DNA of 46,455 bases from Amoebidium appalachense. Its lineage: Eukaryota; Protista; Ichthyosporea. Made by a program: the position numbers and the translations under genes. Below the pieces are notes generated by a model. It did no database searches, was not told the origin of the DNA, and saw only the letters and a program-made list of their open reading frames with translations. The DNA lies in NCBI GenBank assembly GCA_963693365.1, contig CAVNZM010000035.1, positions 1-46,455 on the forward strand, given 5' to 3'. Position 1 is the stretch's first letter; every line of letters begins with the position of its first letter. Below, piece by piece: positions 10,353 to 18,138 of the stretch.

Positions 10353-11027
10353 ATGAAAGTCCTGGACATGTGCATCCCCTACCACGACGATGACTGTCGC
10401 ATCATCGGCGCCGGCGTGCTGCCCTACGCCGTGCACGACCGCCGCGTGCTGTTCCTCCTCGGACAGGAGGACAGTGACGGGAGGTACGGGGTGTTTGGCG
10501 GGAGGCTCAAGGCGGGCCTGACCGTGGAGGAGACCACGGTCATGGAGTTCTACGAGGAGACACTGGACACTGTGATCCCCCGCCCGATGCTCGAGGGCAT
10601 CCTGCGGGACCGGGCGTACGTGCTCAGGTTTGCGGGAGCGGCCGGTCAGAACCGCTACTTTATTACGTATATGGTGCAGATCCCATTTGACCCGCACCTG
10701 CCGCACCGGTTCCGGGCTGCGCGCCAGGCGCTGTCGGCAGGCCAGCTGGCTCTGCCGGGGTCGACGGAGGTGCGCGACGGCACGCTGCGCGTCAAGTACG
10801 ACTTCCTGGAGAAGCGCAACATGCAGTGGTTCCTCGCGGACGAGGTGTTCGAGGTGGCGCTCAAGTCGCGCTGGAACCACCCGGTGCCGGGGATGGCCGG
10901 CAACCCGATGTTTCGGCGGCCGTTCCTGGCGGGACTCAACAGCCTGGTGCAGTACTTCAACATGGGGCTGTTCCTCAAGGACCTGGCGTGGTGCGAGACT
11001 ATGACGCCTAGAGCTGCGGCACGGTGA
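10353..11027 (+). CDS. NUDIX hydrolase (possible mRNA decapping enzyme)
   Basis: GAGVLPY...FLLGQE...FGG...ETTVMEFYEET Nudix box. Confidence 0.85.
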   Translation: MKVLDMCIPYHDDDCRIIGAGVLPYAVHDRRVLFLLGQEDSDGRYGVFGGRLKAGLTVEETTVMEFYEETLDTVIPRPMLEGILRDRAYVLRFAGAAGQNRYFITYMVQIPFDPHLPHRFRAARQALSAGQLALPGSTEVRDGTLRVKYDFLEKRNMQWFLADEVFEVALKSRWNHPVPGMAGNPMFRRPFLAGLNSLVQYFNMGLFLKDLAWCETMTPRAAAR

Positions 11028-11400
11028 TGGACGTGGTGACGGTGCCGGACACGAAGATCGGCCGGTACTGCTTGAACTCGCGCGGCGTCATGTCGGCCAG
11101 GCGCACGAGCCCCAGCGACTCGGGGTCGCCCCCCAGCACCAGCCGGTTCGCCAGCAGTGCGTCGCAGCCGTGCTGCACGGCCGCCGGCAGGTACTGGTCT
11201 GGGGGCATGGCCTTGAGGCCCGTGGTGGGCAGAAAGTAGAGCGGGCGCGTGGACGCCCACACGGTCACGCGGGTCGAGTCCACGGTCAGCGTGCCCATGA
11301 GACGGTTGGTGACGAGGACGGGCGAGCAGTCGGCGTCCGTGGTGACGAAGAAGGTCTGCACCGGCGCGCACACGATGGGCTGCGAGGCGACGGCACCCAT
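11008..11400 (-). CDS. Hypothetical protein with possible myristoylation start (MGAVAS)
   Basis: ATG 11400 with a TATA box about 40 nt upstream. Confidence 0.65.
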   Translation of the reverse strand: MGAVASQPIVCAPVQTFFVTTDADCSPVLVTNRLMGTLTVDSTRVTVWASTRPLYFLPTTGLKAMPPDQYLPAAVQHGCDALLANRLVLGGDPESLGLVRLADMTPREFKQYRPIFVSGTVTTSITVPQL

Positions 11401-11435
11401 ACTGAGACTGGGCGCAACAATTGCGGACGAGCTCC

Positions 11436-11448
11436 CTTTATACCTGCG
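11436..11448 (-). promoter_or_regulatory. Early-type TATA box
   Basis: Minus strand CGCAGGTATAAAG. Confidence 0.7.
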
Positions 11449-11668
11449 CGGAGGAGGCCGACGCGTACACGCCGTAGATGAGGTACGCAAACACGGTGAC
11501 CACCAGGGCCACCATCACGGCAGTGTTCGAGGCCTCGTACCTGTTCTTCACGGCGGCCTCGACGCACTTCTCCTTCGTCATGGCGCTGTACAGGCTCATG
11601 AACCCGGCCATGGAGCCGACGGCGAGCGCCCAGAAGACAAACATCATCACGTTGGCGAGCACGGACAT
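11438..11668 (-). CDS. Small two-TM membrane protein
   Basis: 76 aa, two hydrophobic helices. Confidence 0.65.
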   Translation of the reverse strand: MSVLANVMMFVFWALAVGSMAGFMSLYSAMTKEKCVEAAVKNRYEASNTAVMVALVVTVFAYLIYGVYASASSAQV

Positions 11669-11731
11669 TGTTGACCAAGGGAATAATGCGGTGGGGTGTG
11701 GCCAAAGCTGCATTATGTGGGACAAGAGCAA

Positions 11732-12838
11732 ATGAGCATGAGCCAGGATGATCTTAACAGGGCTATAGAGATCCTCACGAAATTGAAGTTTGGGGGTGGA
11801 GGGCCGAGTGGCATCGTGCAAACACAGGACATCAAGAGTGTAACCGATATGATCGCCAAGCTGTTGAACCAAAACAACGCCGTCATCTCGAGCCACCAGA
11901 AAGTGATAGGCGACATCTACAACAAACTCCCGCCGGCCATCGAAACTGCCCTGCAATCATTTGCCAGTGACAACTCCACTGCTACAATGGCTGTGGAGCT
12001 GGCGTTTTCGGACATGCCCACTTTGGACAAGGACGGGAATATAAACAAGGACTCGAAGGAGGTCGTGTGGAAGTTGCCCATTGACATGTCCCGGTTCCGC
12101 GAGCAGCTGAACGGGACCAACCGCAGCAACGGCGCGCTCACACGCGAGATTGCCAACGTGTTGGTGCACATCCTGCAGGGCATCGGCGACCAGAGCACGC
12201 TGCAGCGCAAGGGCGTGGACGAGTCCACCGCCCGTGCGATCATGCTGGACCTGCGCGAGGCACGCGAGTCCATCCAGAACGCCGAGACCAACAACCGCGA
12301 GCTGGTGGAGCTGCGGGCCAACTACAAGTCGCTCAAGGAGACGGTGGAGGACAAGGGCCAGCTGCACGCGGCCAAGCGCGAGAACGAGCTGCTCAAGGAC
12401 CAACTGGAGAAGATGAAGCGCAGCAACCCCGAGTGCGAGCGCTACGTCGAGCACATCCGCCACCTCAACGCCCGCGTGGCCGCGCTGCAGCAGAAGGAGA
12501 TCCAGTTCAACAAGCTCAAGGACGACCACGAGACGCTGCTCGCGCGCTACGAGATGCTCCGCGTGCAGTACGTGCGCGTGCGCGTGCAGAAGTGCACGCC
12601 GCGGCTGCCGGAGCTGGTGGCCGGGTTCCCGCATCCCATCAACAAGGACGCACGGGTCATCACGGACCTCTACGGCGCCTACGTCACCGACCGCGAGTCA
12701 CGCCGGGCGGCCGGCGAGGACGTCGAGACCTCGGACGACGACGACTACGTGGACCAGGAGACGCGCACGCGCATGCAGGCGCGCAAGCGAAGGCTGGCGG
12801 AGATGTTGAACCAGGGCAAGGAGACGAAGGAGGGGTAA
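11732..12838 (+). CDS. Coiled-coil protein
   Basis: Heptad-rich centre, strong GC3 bias, AATAAA near 12864. Confidence 0.75.
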   Translation: MSMSQDDLNRAIEILTKLKFGGGGPSGIVQTQDIKSVTDMIAKLLNQNNAVISSHQKVIGDIYNKLPPAIETALQSFASDNSTATMAVELAFSDMPTLDKDGNINKDSKEVVWKLPIDMSRFREQLNGTNRSNGALTREIANVLVHILQGIGDQSTLQRKGVDESTARAIMLDLREARESIQNAETNNRELVELRANYKSLKETVEDKGQLHAAKRENELLKDQLEKMKRSNPECERYVEHIRHLNARVAALQQKEIQFNKLKDDHETLLARYEMLRVQYVRVRVQKCTPRLPELVAGFPHPINKDARVITDLYGAYVTDRESRRAAGEDVETSDDDDYVDQETRTRMQARKRRLAEMLNQGKETKEG

Positions 12839-12887
12839 GGGGGTGGGGACGGGGCAACCAGGCAATAAAATAGGGGGCTGAAGCAAC

Positions 12888-13016
12888 ATGAAGCTCCTGC
12901 CCGACCAATGGACGTTTGACTACAAGCTCAAGTACGCGCGACTGATTGCCACGTTCGTGCTGTTTGCGGCCATGCTGCTGAACCTGCTGAACGAGCTGAA
13001 CGGGTACTTTATTTGA
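12888..13016 (+). CDS. 42-aa single-TM microprotein (absent from the ORF track)
   Basis: MKLLPDQWTFDYKLKYARLIATFVLFAAMLLNLLNELNGYFI; viral codon bias. Confidence 0.55.
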   Translation: MKLLPDQWTFDYKLKYARLIATFVLFAAMLLNLLNELNGYFI

Positions 13017-13034
13017 GAAGTGAGACAATACGGA

Positions 13035-13091
13035 CCAATCAAATCATCGGAATTTCTACACCCACGGGTGTCAAAAATGGTTCAAGCCAAT
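13035..13091. repeat. CCAAT-palindrome-CCAAT element, second copy of the intronic element
   Basis: CGGAATTTCTACACCCACGGGTGTCAAAAA between CCAAT boxes 52 bp apart; same layout at 13902-13958. Confidence 0.9.
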
Positions 13092-13125
13092 GGCTAAAAA
13101 TTAACACGACCCCCCCCCGAACCCT

Positions 13126-14290
13126 CTAAAGAGGGATGTAGATCTGGTCACCGAACACCAACTCGAGTTCGGTCTTCTGCACCAGGTCGCAGCCCATCTG
13201 CACCAGGCGGCGCAGCACATCATAGAGCTGGGTGTAGGTCAGGTGGGTAATCTTGGGCACCCCGTGCAGGACGTTTGCGGCCTTACACATGGCGGTGTAC
13301 ACGTTGATGTGCGAGCGGTACATGCCCTGATCGACGTCCACATTCATGTGCCACTTGATGAACGTGTTCCAGTAGCTGGGGTCAAACCGGTGCTCGAACT
13401 CCTCGTGGTTGCGCCACAGCACTATGGCTGCGTCATGGAACACCTTGCGGGCCAGCTCTCTCCCGTAGTCCGTCTCCATGCAGCGAGCCACAGGGATTGT
13501 TCCAGGGGGAAGGGACACGATGCGCTGGGGGTGGTCATCGTCGCACTCGTGCATTGCCAGGCGCTCGTTGGCGGAGTCCAGAAGCTCTGCCGTCTGCGTG
13601 TACCACTGCTCCATCTTCTCCAGGTTGTTGGACAGCTGCATGATGTGGGTCTCGTGCTCAAGGGCACGCGCGGTTGCCTCGGCCAGAGCGGCCTCGACCT
13701 GAGCACGGTTCTGGCGGTGCAGTACCTTGAAGGCTTGTTCGACCCGCCAGTAGTAGTAGCGCACTTCGTGTCCGATGGCAGTCTGGACGGTCATGACGAG
13801 CAACTTGAAGGTCTTGGGGTTCATGAAAATCTCCGTCACGGGTCGACCACGCCCCTGTGCCCTGAAATGGAGATAGAGGTTCGAGGTTAAAAAGCTAACG
13901 CCCAATCGAATGACCGGAATTTCTACACCCGTGGGTGTCAAAAAACATTTCAGCCAATCATTAAAATTTAAAGAACAAATAAAACTTTTTATCGGGGACA
14001 AAAACGTTTCACCAGTCGAAAGCAACCCACCTCAAGGCGTCGATCTTGAAGTCAATACCTTCAATGACATGATCGTGGGTCTTCAGATGCTCGATGATAG
14101 CTACTTTCCCGGCTTTCTCGTTCTTGTAGTTGAACAACAGCGCCTGCACACGGGCCCCGCTCAGCTCCTCGTTGATGGCCAGCTCGTCGATGTCGCCGTC
14201 CAGGTCCCAGAACTTGGCGAACTCGCCGAGCAGTGCAGCCTTGGGCCCCAGGGTAGAGGTCAGAGTAGATGAAGGTGGAGGGAGTGCCAT
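13126..14290 (-). CDS. MSV199/KilA-like DNA-binding protein, two exons (14290-14031 and 13861-13126), 331 aa
   Basis: Splicing joins EGIDFKIDALR to AQGRGRPVTEIFMNPKTFKLLVM...EVRYYYWRVE, a typical MSV199-family motif; TATA upstream. Confidence 0.8.
13862..14030 (-). other. 169-nt spliceosomal GT-AG intron
   Basis: Donor AG|GTGGGT, branch-like TTTAAC, pyrimidine tract CTCTATCTCCATTTCAG|G; AT-rich; phase 2 restores the frame. Confidence 0.8.
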
Positions 14291-14324
14291 GTTGCAGACT
14301 GAGCTCCTGTGGGAGTGTGTTGGC

Positions 14325-14339
14325 CTTTTATACCTTCGC
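14325..14339 (-). promoter_or_regulatory. Early-type TATA box
   Basis: Minus strand GCGAAGGTATAAAAG about 40 nt upstream of ATG 14290. Confidence 0.8.
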
Positions 14340-14420
14340 CAGGAAGCCCTTGAAGTGCAAAAACCAACAGCCGCAGCGTGCCAAGCCGAAAGCACCTCAC
14401 ATAATGCAAGCCCCTCGTAA

Positions 14421-14804
14421 ATGCCCGCACCGAACGGGTTGTGTCTCGACCGCAAGATGTGCAACTCCCGCCACTTCAACGGCAACGTCACCCTCGCTAT
14501 CCGTAAGGGCGCCCGCATCCTCAGCAACGGCACGCACCTCGCGAAGAGGGGCGTCCATGCCGTCCAGTACACCGTCAAGACCGACATCACGCTGCTCCTC
14601 CCCGACCTCGGGCAGCCCAGCCCCGAGAAGCAGCTCCTGCTGGCGCTCTCGCAGCGCACGAAGCTGACGGCCGTGCAGCAGCGCCGCGCACGCACGCTGT
14701 GCCAGGCGTTCGGCGTGGACGGCTGGTACGTGCGGGGCAGCAAGGCCCAGGGCGGGCCCAAGGAGGCCCTGGTGCTGCTGAACCCCGGGCGGGTGCTTGA
14801 GTAA
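14421..14804 (+). CDS. Hypothetical protein
   Basis: TAAATG start, GC3-biased 127-aa ORF. Confidence 0.65.
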   Translation: MPAPNGLCLDRKMCNSRHFNGNVTLAIRKGARILSNGTHLAKRGVHAVQYTVKTDITLLLPDLGQPSPEKQLLLALSQRTKLTAVQQRRARTLCQAFGVDGWYVRGSKAQGGPKEALVLLNPGRVLE

Positions 14805-14834
14805 AGTTGTAAATTGTTCCCCCTCCTGTAGAAC

Positions 14835-15044
14835 ATGCGCAAGCACGCCCGCACATCCCCACACGTGGGTCTGGCCGACCACCTTTCCACTGCCCAACTG
14901 ATCACGTACCTGCAGCTCAACGGCAGGGAGGTGACCGAGCAGACCCCGCGGCCGTCCATGGAGAAGATGTACGAGGAGATTTTCCGGTCGCGCAGTGCCA
15001 AGGCGGCTGCGGTGGCCCCCGAGCAAAAAAAGAAGGCCAACTGA
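14835..15044 (+). CDS. Small hypothetical protein
   Basis: 69-aa ORF filling the gap between genes. Confidence 0.55.
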   Translation: MRKHARTSPHVGLADHLSTAQLITYLQLNGREVTEQTPRPSMEKMYEEIFRSRSAKAAAVAPEQKKKAN

Positions 15045-15051
15045 CAACACG

Positions 15052-15882
15052 ATGGACGCACCCAGCACGCGTGAGCGCAGGCCACTACGGCCCATCACCG
15101 AGTACAAGCACCTGTTCAACAGCAGCGCCCGCAAGCGCGTCTTCAGCTACGACAAGCTCAAGGCCAGCCGCTGCAACCCACACTACATGAAGGCCGTGCA
15201 CAAGACCGACAGCTGCCCATTCGACCTGCGCAGGCGCAACGCTTACTTCCTTCTTAAAAACCCGCCAAAATTCTGTAGGCGGGACAAGCTGTACCGTGAG
15301 CCCTCGACGACGTGCACCACGCGGCCGTTTCCCAAACTGGAGTCGTTTAGCAGGGGGTACGTGGAGGTCATGCGGTTCGGACGGGCCAGTGACGTACGCA
15401 AGGCACCAAATGGCCCCACCTATACCTTTTACTATGCCGCCCCAGACACCACCGCCCTGTACCTGAACCTGGCCAACCCCCTGGTGGCCAAAACCAAGCT
15501 GGACGCGCTGGTGCAGCTAAACTGGAACTTCCACAACCGACTGACCAAAGAGTCCTTCCATCCGGGCGACCAGTACTTCGTGTCTCAGGTGCTCTCCAAA
15601 ACGCAGAACAAGAAGCACTACGTGGCCGAGGTGGACAGACTCGTCGAGCTCATGCGCAGCGGCGCGCACTACAGCTCCATTGTTGGAACGGGCTACTTCG
15701 ACTTCTACGACTTCGACCTCATCAATGAGGCCCGGGCCCGTGGGTACGACTCCGTGGTGCTCCTAAGCGAGCCGTACAACACCACGGAGAGCGCCACCGA
15801 GATCATCCACCTGGTCCCCCCACACACTTCCCTTGGCATGCTGGTAGAGCGCCCCCGCGAGATCCTCAAAAAGTCCAAATAA
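15052..15882 (+). CDS. Hypothetical basic protein
   Basis: 276 aa from ATG 15052; stop overlaps AATAAA. Confidence 0.7.
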   Translation: MDAPSTRERRPLRPITEYKHLFNSSARKRVFSYDKLKASRCNPHYMKAVHKTDSCPFDLRRRNAYFLLKNPPKFCRRDKLYREPSTTCTTRPFPKLESFSRGYVEVMRFGRASDVRKAPNGPTYTFYYAAPDTTALYLNLANPLVAKTKLDALVQLNWNFHNRLTKESFHPGDQYFVSQVLSKTQNKKHYVAEVDRLVELMRSGAHYSSIVGTGYFDFYDFDLINEARARGYDSVVLLSEPYNTTESATEIIHLVPPHTSLGMLVERPREILKKSK

Positions 15883-15917
15883 ACCACCACCCCACAAAAT
15901 GTGTGCCACACTCAACC

Positions 15918-16670
15918 ATGCAGAGCGTGAAGTCCTTCCTCCTGCACAACGCACCCACCTTCATCGCCGAGTTCTGCGGCACCGCCCTGCTCACCTTCAC
16001 CGCCATCGGCATCGCCATGGCCACGGGTGAAACCTCACACGGTGCATCATCGGCCGCTGACGTCCTTGCTGTGGCCGCCGGGTTCGGGGGTGTTGTTGGG
16101 GGGCTGGTGGCCGTGCTGGGCCCCGTGTCGGGTGCCCACGTCAACCCGGCGGTGACTCTGGGCATGGTTGCCGCCGGTTGGCTGGACCCCGTGCTTCTCC
16201 CGCTCTACTTCACCGCCCAGTTTACCGGAGGTATCGTGGGCACGGCGTTGCTGCGGGCCGGCATGCCTCCCGCCCTCCACGGCTCGTTCGGAACAAACGG
16301 GCTTGTCGGCGGGACCACCCAGGCCGAGGCCCTGGCCATGGAGTTGCTCGCCACGGCGTTCTTGGTGTTTACGGTGTCGCTCGCATGCAAGCATCCCAAG
16401 CTTGCGAACATCGCGCCCGTCATTTCCCCTCTGGCCATCGGGTCTGTGGTGTTTCTCATGCACATGCTGTTGGTCACTGTCACCGGCTGCTCCATCAACC
16501 CCGCACGCAGCCTTGCGGCGGCCACGTTTGGCGACAGCCACGACCTGAAGCACCTGTGGATCTTCTTCCTGGGGCCCCTGCTTGGCGGCGTGGCTGGCGC
16601 CCTGGCCGCACGCGCGCTGCTGTGGCTGCAGGCCCGGCGTCCGCAAATTAATGGGGAGGATGGTAACTGA
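15918..16670 (+). CDS. Aquaporin (MIP family)
   Basis: AEFCGT, SGAHVNPAVT and SINPARS NPA motifs; six TM segments. Confidence 0.95.
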   Translation: MQSVKSFLLHNAPTFIAEFCGTALLTFTAIGIAMATGETSHGASSAADVLAVAAGFGGVVGGLVAVLGPVSGAHVNPAVTLGMVAAGWLDPVLLPLYFTAQFTGGIVGTALLRAGMPPALHGSFGTNGLVGGTTQAEALAMELLATAFLVFTVSLACKHPKLANIAPVISPLAIGSVVFLMHMLLVTVTGCSINPARSLAAATFGDSHDLKHLWIFFLGPLLGGVAGALAARALLWLQARRPQINGEDGN

Positions 16671-18112
16671 TGGCCAACATCACCTGGGGAAAGGACGACA
16701 TCGAGCGTCTCAAGGAGAACCCGGACTACCCGTGGAAGTTCGTGCGCTGGGACGAGTACCGAAAGCAACTGTGGGACTGGCAGTTCGGCAACGAGTGGGC
16801 GCACCACGGTGGGCGCATGCCCTCGCTCAAGCTCCAGTTCCCCCTGCCACACCCTGCGTTCCCGAAATACAAGGCCGTGTCTTTTGTGTCGTGGGCCTCG
16901 TGTGCGACCGCAGAGGACCCCGCCGGCTGCAGGCGAAACCACGGCGACCCCGAGTACAACCCCGTCGACTCGGACCTGGTGTGTCTGATCTACGACGACC
17001 CGCGATTCTGCTACACCCCCAGCCTGGCAGACATCCAGGAGGACGCACAGGCCGTTGGGTGCCCGGCCAGCACCCGCCAGAACGCCACCCGGCTCAAGGT
17101 GCTCACGTGCCCGGCCGACTACGTGGCGCTCAGCGACCAACCGGCCTTCCCCACGTACAACCCCGGCGACAAGATGTGCGCCCCTTCGGCCTCCAGGAAG
17201 AACCAGGACTGGAAGTGGGACGACTACCAGAAGTACTGGAACCCGGACTACTGGCTGCGCGCCCCGCACCGCCACCTTGTGTCCCTGCAGCAGTCCAAGC
17301 TGCGAGTCCAGTACCGCGGCGAGCTGGCCAAGGGAAACGACCACACCATGCGGCCCGTGAGCCTCCTGCGCATGCACGACCGCTACCTGCTGTACAAGTT
17401 TGACTACAAGCGAGAGCAGAACTGGGACACCGCTAGGCCGCTGCGGCTGCGCGACCTCCTCGAGTTTTCGCGCGGGCGGGACGATTCGGTGGTTCCGCTG
17501 CACGACCAGGCTCGCATGGACAAGAACTACCTTTTCCCGGCAACACAGGACAGCGCTGTGAATGCATATGCCGAGTTCTTTTGCAAGACCGAGGCCGGGG
17601 TCAATGATCCCACGTGCGGGTGCTTTGCGCCGCTGCCGGCGGGAATGGACCACGCCACACTCAAGAAGAAGTTCGGCTGGAGCGTGCAGTGCCACCACGC
17701 CGTGTGCAAGGTGCAGGGCTACAAGACGCGCGACATGGAGAACGAGGAGTGCACGGCGCTCAACGTGCAGATCTGCAACCAGGCCATGGAGGTCACGGAG
17801 AACACTGACGCCAAGATCCAGGCCACGCAGGTACAGCAGTGCCTCATGCAGATCGGCAAGGAGGAGTCGGGTGCCACCACCACCAACACCAACCCCGACA
17901 ACAAGCCCTCAGAGCCCGGGGCTCCGGCCGTACCCGGTGTGCCTGGGGAGGCTGGAAAGGACTCGCAGAACCCGCCTGCGCCGCCTGTGCCGACACAGCC
18001 TGCCCCAACACCACTGGGGTCGGCAAGCGCCTGGGCGCACGCGAACGCCGCGGCGTACTGGGGCCTGGTGATCGCGGTGGCGCTCGTGCTGCTGCTGCTG
18101 GGCGCAGGTTGA
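16670..18112 (+). CDS. Poxvirus A16/G9/J5-like entry-fusion membrane protein
   Basis: FC...DPTCGC...C..AVC...GY...C...QICNQ cysteine pattern, Pro linker, C-terminal TM. Confidence 0.7.
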   Translation: MANITWGKDDIERLKENPDYPWKFVRWDEYRKQLWDWQFGNEWAHHGGRMPSLKLQFPLPHPAFPKYKAVSFVSWASCATAEDPAGCRRNHGDPEYNPVDSDLVCLIYDDPRFCYTPSLADIQEDAQAVGCPASTRQNATRLKVLTCPADYVALSDQPAFPTYNPGDKMCAPSASRKNQDWKWDDYQKYWNPDYWLRAPHRHLVSLQQSKLRVQYRGELAKGNDHTMRPVSLLRMHDRYLLYKFDYKREQNWDTARPLRLRDLLEFSRGRDDSVVPLHDQARMDKNYLFPATQDSAVNAYAEFFCKTEAGVNDPTCGCFAPLPAGMDHATLKKKFGWSVQCHHAVCKVQGYKTRDMENEECTALNVQICNQAMEVTENTDAKIQATQVQQCLMQIGKEESGATTTNTNPDNKPSEPGAPAVPGVPGEAGKDSQNPPAPPVPTQPAPTPLGSASAWAHANAAAYWGLVIAVALVLLLLGAG

Positions 18113-18138
18113 TCCAATAAAATGGTGGAACGTATTTA

